A stretch of 64,000 nt of DNA from Candidatus Rokuibacteriota bacterium (GTDB taxonomy: Bacteria; Methylomirabilota; Methylomirabilia; Rokubacteriales; CSP1-6), in assembly GCA_044869815.1 (NCBI GenBank), contig JBIOXS010000023.1, positions 5,672 to 69,671 on the forward strand, written 5' to 3'. This document shows, piece by piece, positions 32,091 through 39,883 of this stretch (position 1 is the first letter of the stretch; each line of letters begins with the position of its first letter). Position numbers and translations under genes: made by a program. Below the pieces are notes generated by a model. The model worked only from the letters and a program-made list of their open reading frames with translations. It was not told the origin of the DNA and did no database searches.

Positions 32091-32749
32091 GCCGGTCTGG
32101 TCGCGGAGCGGGCGGGATCGGCGCCGACGGCCTGCTCGAGCTGGCGCGGACTGGCGCCGGCGGCGCGCGCGATACCGGCCATCGTCCGGCGCGACACGAC
32201 GGAGTTGGGCTTGGTGAGCGTCAGATCCACGGTAGTCGAGGCATGCGCGTCGCGGTGCTTGATCAGGAGCCACTGCCGGTCACGCATGCGGACGAGCACC
32301 CATGAGCCCTTCAGCTTCTTGCCGTCGAGCTTCATCTTCAGGTCGCCCTTGGCGAGCGCCTTCTCGACGTCGGGACTCTGCGGCTCCCAGGTCCCGCGAT
32401 CCCAGATCATCACGGTGCCGCCGCCGTACTCGCCCTCCGGAATCACGCCCTCGAAGTCGTTGTAATCCACCGGATGCGGCTCGGTCATCATGGCCAGTCG
32501 CCGGACGCCGGGATCGAGCGACGGCCCCTTGGCCACCGCCCACGACAGCATGACGCCCTCGTGCTCGATGCGGAAGTCGTAATGCAGGTGACTCGCCCGG
32601 TGCTTCTGCACGACGAACTCGAGCGCGCGGGCGCGCTTCCTGGCCGCGGTGCCGCGTGGCTCGGGGGTGACGTCGAAGCGGCGCTTGCGATTGTATTCGG
32701 CGAGCCGTCCGTAACGGCTGAGGTCGTCGGTCGAATTGCGGCGCGCCAT
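32087..32749 (-). CDS. LigD 3'-phosphoesterase domain, stand-alone
   Basis: YNRKRRFDVTPEP, FVVQKHRASHLHYDFR, SWAVAKGPS, TEPHPVDY. Confidence 0.93.
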   Translation of the reverse strand: MARRNSTDDLSRYGRLAEYNRKRRFDVTPEPRGTAARKRARALEFVVQKHRASHLHYDFRIEHEGVMLSWAVAKGPSLDPGVRRLAMMTEPHPVDYNDFEGVIPEGEYGGGTVMIWDRGTWEPQSPDVEKALAKGDLKMKLDGKKLKGSWVLVRMRDRQWLLIKHRDAHASTTVDLTLTKPNSVVSRRTMAGIARAAGASPRQLEQAVGADPARSATRPA

Positions 32750-32765
32750 GGACCGGATTGTACCG

Positions 32766-33353
32766 TCAGCGTCCCGCGCGCGCGACGAAGCGCCGCATGT
32801 CGCCACGCGCGCGGCGTTCGTCGGCATCGATGCTGAACCCGGCGCGGGAGACCGCCGCCTCGGTGTCCCGATTCCAGTGGCAGCCTCCGGTCACGCGAGT
32901 CCACAGCGGCTGCCACCGATCTTGCAGCCGCGCCTTGAGCGCGCGTGTCGAGCGCACGTGCTCGAGCATGCGCAGCGTCCCGCCCGGCCGCAGCACGCGC
33001 TTCACCTCGACCAGGCCGCGCGCGACGTCGGGCACGCTGCAGAAGACGAGCGCGCTCACGACGGTGTCGAACGTCGCCGTCCGGAACGGCAGCGCCTCGG
33101 CATCCGCCTGCACCAGCGCCACCTCCGGCCGCCGTTGCCGGGCGCGCGCGAGTGCCGCCGCCGAGACGTCGACGCCGACGACGCGGGCGCCCGGACGGTA
33201 GAGCGGCAGGTTGCGGCCGGTTCCACAGCCGACGTCGAGGATGGAGCCGGCGGCGCCGTCGACGAGCCAGCGCCGCCAGCGGCCGAGGCCGAGGCGCTCG
33301 CACAGCGCACAGCACAGATCGTAGAGCCATGGGATCTGCTCGATACCGCGCAT
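32766..33353 (-). CDS. Class I SAM-dependent methyltransferase
   Basis: ILDVGCGTG, FDTVVSALVFCSV, LRPGG..LEH. Confidence 0.92.
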   Translation of the reverse strand: MRGIEQIPWLYDLCCALCERLGLGRWRRWLVDGAAGSILDVGCGTGRNLPLYRPGARVVGVDVSAAALARARQRRPEVALVQADAEALPFRTATFDTVVSALVFCSVPDVARGLVEVKRVLRPGGTLRMLEHVRSTRALKARLQDRWQPLWTRVTGGCHWNRDTEAAVSRAGFSIDADERRARGDMRRFVARAGR

Positions 33354-33370
33354 GGCGGTATCCTAGCGCC
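33354..33370. promoter_or_regulatory. Bidirectional -10 element between two leaderless genes
   Basis: TATCCT (+) and TAGGAT (-) overlap, each 6 nt before an ATG. Confidence 0.65.
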
Positions 33371-34159
33371 ATGCCGACGCCCGTGCTGCACGTCGATGCC
33401 TTCGCGGCGACGCCCTTCAGCGGTAACCCGGCCGCCGTCTGTCTCCTCGACGGCGCGCGATCCACGGAGTGGATGCAGGCGCTCGCCGCCGAGCTCAGCC
33501 TTCCCGCCAGCGTCTTCGTCGAGGCCGCGCCCGACGGCTTCGGCGTTCGCTGGTTCTCACCGACTGCGGAGCTCACGCTCTGCGGACACGGCACCCTCGC
33601 CGCCGCCCATGCGCTGTGGGAAACCGCGCGCCTGCCACCGGCGGCGGCCGCGCGCTTCGCCACCCGCAGCGGAATTCTGTCGGCGACGGCGCGTGACGGC
33701 TGGATCGCCCTCGACCTGCCGGCGGAAGTGGCCACGGCCACCTCGCCGCCGCCCGGCCTGGTGGGCGCTCTCGGCGCCAAGGCGCGGTGGGTCGGACGCA
33801 ATCGGCTCGATTACGTGGTCGAGGTCGAGGACGAGGCGGCGGTGAGCGCGCTGGCGCCCGCCCTCGGTGCGCTGGCCGCGATCGAGACCCGTGGCGTCAT
33901 CGTCACCGCGCGCGCATCGACACCGGGCCTCGATTTCGTGTCGCGCTTCTTCGCGCCGCGGCTCGGCATCCCGGAGGATTCGGTCACCGGCTCGGCCCAC
34001 TGCTGTCTGGCCCCGCTGTGGGCGTCGCGCCTCGGGACGTCGCACCTCACCGCGCGGCAGCTCTCGGCGCGGGGCGGCCTCGTGCGCGCGAGCGTCCAGG
34101 GCGATCGCGTGACGCTGTCGGGCCAGGCGGTCACGGTCCTGCGCGGCGAGCTCCGCTGA
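33371..34159 (+). CDS. PhzF family isomerase
   Basis: VDAF..GNPAAV, LCGHGTLA, EDSVTGSAHC. Confidence 0.93.
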   Translation: MPTPVLHVDAFAATPFSGNPAAVCLLDGARSTEWMQALAAELSLPASVFVEAAPDGFGVRWFSPTAELTLCGHGTLAAAHALWETARLPPAAAARFATRSGILSATARDGWIALDLPAEVATATSPPPGLVGALGAKARWVGRNRLDYVVEVEDEAAVSALAPALGALAAIETRGVIVTARASTPGLDFVSRFFAPRLGIPEDSVTGSAHCCLAPLWASRLGTSHLTARQLSARGGLVRASVQGDRVTLSGQAVTVLRGELR

Positions 34160-34161
34160 GC

Positions 34162-34683
34162 TCAGCTCAGGTGATAGAGGAGCAGATAGACGATCACCCC
34201 CGTCACCGAAACGTAGAGCCACACCGGCAACGTGAGGCGCGCGATCCGGACGTGGCGGACGAAGTCGCCGGAGAGCGCCCGGTACACGGTGGTGAGGACG
34301 AACGGCACCACGGCCGCGGCCAGGACGATGTGCGAGACGAGAATCGGAAAGTACAGCCACCGCATCCATCCCGGTCCCATGAACGGACGCGAGCCGGCGA
34401 GATAGTGATAGGTGACATAGGACGCGAGGAAGAGCGTGGAGACGCCGCACGCCGCCAGCATGCACGCCCGATGCAACGCGATGCGGCGACGGCGCACCGC
34501 GGCCCAGCCGAGCGCGAGCAGCGCGGCGCTCGTGGCGTTGAGGGCGGCGTTCAGCGCGGGCAGCGCCGCCACCTCGGCGCTCCACGGCCGGCCGGGCTCG
34601 TGGCCCAGCAGGAGCGCGCCGACGACGAACACGATCGCGAACGACAGCGCACCGATGACCGACACGGCGAGACGCTCGCCCAT
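34162..34683 (-). CDS. DUF420 family membrane protein
   Basis: LPALNAALN, H..CM, YFPILVSHIVLA, H.RIAR..P.WLYVSVTG. Confidence 0.9.
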   Translation of the reverse strand: MGERLAVSVIGALSFAIVFVVGALLLGHEPGRPWSAEVAALPALNAALNATSAALLALGWAAVRRRRIALHRACMLAACGVSTLFLASYVTYHYLAGSRPFMGPGWMRWLYFPILVSHIVLAAAVVPFVLTTVYRALSGDFVRHVRIARLTLPVWLYVSVTGVIVYLLLYHLS

Positions 34684-34712
34684 GACCCGCCCATCATAAG
34701 CCGGAGCTCGCC

Positions 34713-34979
34713 ATGAAGGCCTACGCCGCCGTGTTCCTCAGCGTGTTCGTCGCCGAGCTGGGCGACAAGACGCAGCTGGCCACGCTGCTCTTCGCATCCC
34801 GACCGGAGATGAGCAAGGCCGGCGTGTTCCTGGCCTCGGCAGCCGCGCTCGTCGCCGCGAGCTCGCTCGCGGTGCTGCTCGGCGAGCGGCTGGGCGCGTG
34901 GCTCCGCCCCGAGCTCTTGAAGACGCTCGCGGGCGGCGCATTCATCGCAATCGGCGCCTGGATGCTGCTCGCGCGCTGA
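34713..34979 (+). CDS. UPF0016/GDT1 (TMEM165) single-repeat membrane protein
   Basis: AELGDKTQLAT signature. Confidence 0.92.
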   Translation: MKAYAAVFLSVFVAELGDKTQLATLLFASRPEMSKAGVFLASAAALVAASSLAVLLGERLGAWLRPELLKTLAGGAFIAIGAWMLLAR

Positions 34980-35052
34980 GCGGAGCGGTGCCACGGCGTC
35001 GGCGCCGGCAAGACCACGACGTGCCATTGCGCCCATCTGGCGGGGGTTTTCT

Positions 35053-35082
35053 TTGACACATCGGAGCCGCGCCACCTAGAAT
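35053..35082 (+). promoter_or_regulatory. sigma70 promoter
   Basis: TTGACA-18 nt-TAGAAT. Confidence 0.65.
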
Positions 35083-35102
35083 TTCGGTGCCGCCTGAGCC
35101 TC

Positions 35103-36767
35103 ATGAACGTCAACGTCGAGCAACTTGACCGCCAGCTCGCCGGCCTCACCGGTCGCTTCGCCGACCTCGGTGCGAAGCTGTCCGAAGCCGCGCGCGAGCT
35201 CCAGGATGGCGGCGCGCCGCCCGCGGAGTCGCTCGTCGAGCAGCTGTCGCAGCTGCGAGCTCAGTCCATGCAGCTCTGCGGTGACGTCGCCGCCGCCGCC
35301 CAGGCCGTCGGCGTCGCCGTCCCCGCTAGCGTCGATACCGTGAACAGCCTCGAGCCGCTGCTGCGCGCCATCGCGGCCGCCCTCGAAACGAAGCGCCGGC
35401 AGGCGGCGCTGGAGCAGGCGCGCAAGGGCGTCATCGAGGTCCTCGACGTCGTGCTCGGCGTCCGGCATCTCGACGAGCAGCAGTTCCAGCCGCTCGTCGA
35501 GTGTCAGATGCAGGCGCGCGACCTTCACGCCGTGGTGATGGCGCTCAACGAGAGCAACCTGCACCAGGCGCAGGAGCTCACCACGCGCGTGCGCGCCTTC
35601 TCCGATTTCCTCACCATGCTCGAAGGCAGTGACCGCCTCGACGACGAGCGGTTCGCGAAGCTCGAGGCGAGCGTGGCGGAGACGTTCGGCCGTCAGCTCG
35701 CCACCGCCGCCGCGCGCGGCCGCCTGCTGCGACCGGGGCAGACGCCTCCGCCGCCGGCCCCGGCGCCACCGCCGCCGCCCGTCGTCGAGGCGCCCGCGGT
35801 GGTCGCCCCACCGCGCGAGGTCGCTCCACCGGCGCCGGTCGTCGCGGCACCTCCGCCGGTGGCGCCGGCACCCGTCGCGCCGCCGCCGCCGAAGCCGAAG
35901 CCCGCCGCCGCGGCATCGGCGCCGGCGGCCAGCGCCGGCGAGGCCTCTTTCGACGAGACCGCGCAGTGGTGGCTGGCCGCGTGGGCGCGCTGGTCGGGCT
36001 GGCGCGGGACGACCTTTCCGGACGCGGTGCGCGAGGAGCTCGCGAAGTACTCCTACCTCTTGTCAGTGCCGATGCAGAAGAGCCACGAATACGAGGACGG
36101 CCTGCTCGCCTACGGGTACTCGATCCTCGTCGAGCACGTCGAGAAGCAGAATCCCGGCTGCGTCGGCAACGCACTCAATCGCCTGAAATCGGCGGTAGGG
36201 ACCTCGGTCGGCGCGCAGATCTTCGAGTACTTGCTGACGGAAGGTCGGCTCGCCGAGACCTATCCCGAGTTCATCAAGAACGTGCTGCTGGCCGCCCTCC
36301 CCGACACCGCCCCCTGGGTCGACGCGCGCATCGTCCACACCAAGGACGACACCCGCATCTTCCGTCGCCCCAGCGCGCGACTCGGCGAGAGCGAGCAGAA
36401 GCCGCAGCGGCTGCTCGCCGACAAGGACCGCTTCACCGAGCACAAGTTCTCCTTCAAGCTGCCGGCGCTCACGGCGCGCTTCATCCAGCTGTCACCGGAG
36501 CTGAAGGACGCGCACGGGCTCGAGGCGCGACTCAGGGTGGACGGGGCGCCGACGGAGAGCGGCTGGATCGTCACCGTCCCCCAGCCGCACCGGGCGTCGG
36601 CGAAGACGGAGGCGCGACCCTTTACCGCGGAGGGCACGGCCGTGCCCGGGATCGGCCGTGACTTCGTCGCCGTGTGGGTGGCCGTGTTCAACCCCCAGCC
36701 ACGCGTCGAGGCGAAATACGAGCTGGCGCTGACGCTGCGAAAAGATACGAAGGGGATGAAGAAGTAG
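35103..36767 (+). CDS. Hypothetical protein: helical N-domain, Pro/Ala linker, globular C-domain
   Basis: 554-aa ORF with strong codon bias behind a consensus promoter. Confidence 0.8.
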   Translation: MNVNVEQLDRQLAGLTGRFADLGAKLSEAARELQDGGAPPAESLVEQLSQLRAQSMQLCGDVAAAAQAVGVAVPASVDTVNSLEPLLRAIAAALETKRRQAALEQARKGVIEVLDVVLGVRHLDEQQFQPLVECQMQARDLHAVVMALNESNLHQAQELTTRVRAFSDFLTMLEGSDRLDDERFAKLEASVAETFGRQLATAAARGRLLRPGQTPPPPAPAPPPPPVVEAPAVVAPPREVAPPAPVVAAPPPVAPAPVAPPPPKPKPAAAASAPAASAGEASFDETAQWWLAAWARWSGWRGTTFPDAVREELAKYSYLLSVPMQKSHEYEDGLLAYGYSILVEHVEKQNPGCVGNALNRLKSAVGTSVGAQIFEYLLTEGRLAETYPEFIKNVLLAALPDTAPWVDARIVHTKDDTRIFRRPSARLGESEQKPQRLLADKDRFTEHKFSFKLPALTARFIQLSPELKDAHGLEARLRVDGAPTESGWIVTVPQPHRASAKTEARPFTAEGTAVPGIGRDFVAVWVAVFNPQPRVEAKYELALTLRKDTKGMKK

Positions 36768-37208
36768 CTAGTCTTGCGGTGCGGCCGGGGACGGCGTGAC
36801 GGGCGCCGGCGCGCCCGTGCGGGCGAACGGGCTCTTGGTGACGCCGAGCTTCTGCGCGATCTGGTTGGTCGACTGAACCGTCTCGAGCAGCCGCGCGAAG
36901 GCCTGGGCGGCCTCCTCCTTCTCCTGCTTGAGGATCTCGTTCTGCCTCTGGACCTCCGCGAGCTGATTCTGCATGTCGCCCTGCGCCTTCTGGCGCTCGC
37001 CGGAGACGTCACGAAGCTCCGAGATCTCCTTGCGAAGCTCGTGCAGCTCCTTGCGCAGCACGTCCGTCTCGTGCTCGGAGTGCTGCAGCTTGGCGCTCAC
37101 CCGGTGGCTCGACTCGACGAGGACGGCGAGGACGGACAGCACCTCACGGCTCTCGTCCATCCAGCGGATCAGTCGCTCACGGGCCTGGGCGCCGGCCGTT
37201 TCGTCCAT
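36768..37208 (-). CDS. Hypothetical coiled-coil protein
   Basis: E/K/Q-rich heptads. Start MDETAG follows a TAGATT -10 element. Confidence 0.75.
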   Translation of the reverse strand: MDETAGAQARERLIRWMDESREVLSVLAVLVESSHRVSAKLQHSEHETDVLRKELHELRKEISELRDVSGERQKAQGDMQNQLAEVQRQNEILKQEKEEAAQAFARLLETVQSTNQIAQKLGVTKSPFARTGAPAPVTPSPAAPQD

Positions 37209-37278
37209 TGTCGACGAATCTAGCACCCGATGCTGTCGGACTGGAAATTTTGGGCAACAGTGATACTTTGAGCCCCTC

Positions 37279-37647
37279 ATGCCGGAGGCGCGCAATATCG
37301 GTTCGAGCGGGCAGCAGCGGCGCTACATCATCGGCGTCGTCGGGCTGCTGGCGGGGGTGGCCCTGGCGACCGCGCTCGTCCTCGGCGCCGCGCCGCAGGG
37401 CGCGCGCTTCCTCGTGTTCCTGCCGTTCGCGGTCGGCGCGCTCGGAATACTCCAGGCGCGCGGCCAGACCTGAGTCCGTCTCGCCGCGCGCGGCGCGCGC
37501 GAGACCGACCAGGGCGTGGAGTCCGTCACGGATTCGTGGCTCACGGGGCAGCTCCGACGTCAGGCCCGCAGCATCGTGGCGCAGGCGCTGCTCGCGGCCA
37601 CCGTGCTGACCGCTCTCACGCTGCTCCTGCCCGCCCGCGCGGTCTGA
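37279..37647 (+). CDS. Putative membrane selenoprotein, 122 aa, in-frame UGA at 37471-37473
   Basis: The frame stays open for 57 codons after the UGA (QARGQT-U-VRLAARG...) and ends in a further TM helix. A long hairpin follows the UGA directly. Confidence 0.75.
37474..37509 (+). promoter_or_regulatory. Candidate bacterial SECIS hairpin
   Basis: GTC/GAC, GTCTCGC/GCGAGAC and GCGC/GCGC stems with a GCGGC apical loop. Confidence 0.65.
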
Positions 37648-38242
37648 GCTCGCGACGCAGCATCACCGTCCGCGAGGGCCGCACCTCGGCGCCGAGCAAC
37701 GTGCGCATCTGCGACAGCGCGAGCCGGTTCGCCTGCCGATCGAGCGAGGCCACGCCGTCGCTCGGCACCACCACGCGGAAATCGCGCAGGTAGGCATCGC
37801 TCGCGGTGAACAGCACGCAGCGGTCGGCGGTGAAGCCGCCGATGACGAGCGTGCGGGTCTTGAGATAGCGCAGGAGCAGATCCAGCGTCGTCGAGAAAAA
37901 GGCCGAGTGCTTCGGCTTGAGCACGACGTAGTCGGTCGGCTCCGCTCGGAGCCGCTCGGCGATCGGACGGCCGCGGACGTCCTGGCCGAGGACACGAGCC
38001 AGCAGGGCCGAGAAATCCGAGCGCCAGCGCCCGAAATTGTCGTTGGCGTAGATGACGGGCACGCCGGCGCGCCGGGCGCGGCCGGCGAGGGCGGCCAGGC
38101 GGTCGGCAGCGGCCAGCGCGGCCGGGAAGAGACGCTCCCCGCCCTCGAACTCCAGGTCGTTGATCACGTCGATCAGGACCAGGGCGACGTCGGATTCGTC
38201 GGGGACGTTGCCATGCAGATCGTGGTTCCGCGCAGGCGGCAT
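37616..38242 (-). CDS. Isochorismatase-family cysteine hydrolase
   Basis: ALVLIDVIND, KPKHSAF, GFTADRCVLFTA.DA. Confidence 0.92.
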   Translation of the reverse strand: MPPARNHDLHGNVPDESDVALVLIDVINDLEFEGGERLFPAALAAADRLAALAGRARRAGVPVIYANDNFGRWRSDFSALLARVLGQDVRGRPIAERLRAEPTDYVVLKPKHSAFFSTTLDLLLRYLKTRTLVIGGFTADRCVLFTASDAYLRDFRVVVPSDGVASLDRQANRLALSQMRTLLGAEVRPSRTVMLRRELRPRGRAGAA

Positions 38243-38352
38243 TCCGCGGCCTCGAACGTGCAACGGCCATACCGTGGATCGTGGGATGGGGCCGGCGAAA
38301 CCCGGCTATACTCACAAGCAGCACCGATCCGACAGGCGAAAGGAGCCAGGTC

Positions 38353-39045
38353 ATGTCCGTGAAGCTGTTCGTGGGTGGTCTCTCGTTCTCCACCTCGACC
38401 GAAGGGTTGCGCGCCGCGTTCGCGCGCTTCGGCGCCGTTGATTCCGCGGCGGTGATGACCGACCGTGAGACGGGGCGTTCCCGGGGCTTCGGCTTTGTCG
38501 AGATGGCCACCACCGAGGAGGCCGAGCGGGCGATCTCCTCGCTGAACGGCTCGCAGCTGGACGGCCGCATGATCCGGGTCGACAAGGCCACCCCGCGCGG
38601 CGTCGGCGGTCCCCGGTCCCCGCGTCCCGCCGGAGGTCCACGTCCCTACGGCGACCGGCCGCAAGGCGGCGGCGGATTTGGTGGGCCACGGTTCGGTGCC
38701 GGCGCCGCTGGCGGCGGCGGTTTCGGCGGCGGCTTCGGAGGTCCGGGCCGCGGGCCGGGCGGGATGGGGCGTGGAACCGGCGGTGGGCCCGGACGCGGCC
38801 CGGCTGGCCCAGGTCGGGGTCCGGGCGGTGGGTTCGGGGACCGTCCCGGCGGCGGCTTTGGCGACAAGCCCGGCCGGGGTCAAAGCCGGCGCGGCGCCGG
38901 TGCCGGAGGCGGCTGGGGCGAGAACAAGCCGAGCGGTGGCCGCAAAGGTCCGGGCCGCGGGAAGCCGAAGCGCGGCAGCGACCAGGGTGGCGGCGGCGGC
39001 CGCGGCCGTCCAGGCTCCGACGGCGAGTACCGCTGGGGTCGGTGA
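38353..39045 (+). CDS. RRM RNA-binding protein with long Gly/Arg/Pro tail
   Basis: KLFVGGLSFST and RSRGFGFVEM. AAGGAG SD. Paralog of 26714. Confidence 0.93.
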   Translation: MSVKLFVGGLSFSTSTEGLRAAFARFGAVDSAAVMTDRETGRSRGFGFVEMATTEEAERAISSLNGSQLDGRMIRVDKATPRGVGGPRSPRPAGGPRPYGDRPQGGGGFGGPRFGAGAAGGGGFGGGFGGPGRGPGGMGRGTGGGPGRGPAGPGRGPGGGFGDRPGGGFGDKPGRGQSRRGAGAGGGWGENKPSGGRKGPGRGKPKRGSDQGGGGGRGRPGSDGEYRWGR

Positions 39046-39068
39046 ACTCGGAGGGGGCCTCGGCGGCG

Positions 39069-39191
39069 TCAGGGCGCGAGGGGGCCGGGGCTGACGGTGA
39101 GGCGGTCCCACATCTGCATCACGAGCGGATAGAAGAGCAGGAAGACGAAGAGACCGGTCGCGATCCAGATCGCGGCGCGCACGAGCTTCAT
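39069..39191 (-). CDS. 40-aa single-TM small protein
   Basis: MKLVRAAIWIATGLFVFLLFYPLVMQMWDRLTVSPGPLAP. ATGA overlap with the upstream HAD stop. Confidence 0.65.
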   Translation of the reverse strand: MKLVRAAIWIATGLFVFLLFYPLVMQMWDRLTVSPGPLAP

Positions 39192-39883
39192 CCGATCGGC
39201 ATCCCCGAGAGATCCCGCACGATGCAATGCGGGACGACGCCGGCGGTCGCCGGCAATCCCGTCCCTGCCCGATCGACCCACACGCCGCGCAGGCCCAGCC
39301 GCTGCGGTGCGGCCACGTCGAACTCGAGATGGTCGCCGACCATCCACGCGTCGACGGTGGCCACCCCGAGACGACGCAGCGCTTCGCGGTAGACCTCCAC
39401 GTCGGGTTTTCCGTAGCCCATCTCGCCTTCGATCAGGATGGCGTCGAACCATCGTGCGAGGTCGTGACGTGCGATCTTGTCGCGCTGCTGTCGCGCGTCA
39501 CCGTTGGTGACGAGGGCCAGCGGCACCCGCAGCTCGCGCAGCCGCGAGAGGAAGGCGGCCGCCTCCGGGAACAGCTGCCAGGTCGCGCGGCGCCGCTCGG
39601 CGTAGATCTCGGCGATCGCGGCGGCCGTGCGCGGATCCGCTCCGCCGCAGACCTCCAGCGCGCGGGCCGCGATCTTCGTCCAGGCGCCGACCATGTCGAC
39701 GCGCTCGCGCCGGTTGCGAACCGGATCGCTCCAGAACGACTGCCGCGCGTCGAGGAGCGCCGCCAGCAGCGCCGTCCGCTCGACCTTCGGGGACGCCGCC
39801 TCACACGCCGCCTCCCAGCACGCATCGACGCCGCCCGAGTAGTCGAGCAGCGTGTCGTCGAGGTCGACCAGCAGGGCCTTCAG
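39188..39883 (-). CDS. HAD-IA hydrolase, probable CTG start
   Basis: KALLVDLDDTL, VTNG, GKPD, MVGDHLEFDV. CTG overlaps the MFS TGA and has GGAG upstream. Confidence 0.88.
   Translation of the reverse strand: MKALLVDLDDTLLDYSGGVDACWEAACEAASPKVERTALLAALLDARQSFWSDPVRNRRERVDMVGAWTKIAARALEVCGGADPRTAAAIAEIYAERRRATWQLFPEAAAFLSRLRELRVPLALVTNGDARQQRDKIARHDLARWFDAILIEGEMGYGKPDVEVYREALRRLGVATVDAWMVGDHLEFDVAAPQRLGLRGVWVDRAGTGLPATAGVVPHCIVRDLSGMPIG

Noticed and set aside
35745-35940. CCG-rich repeats
   Set aside because: They encode the Pro/Ala linker of the 554-aa protein.
38600-39040. GGC-rich repeats as a CRISPR array or VNTR
   Set aside because: These are Gly codons of the RRM tail. There is no constant repeat-spacer period and no cas gene.
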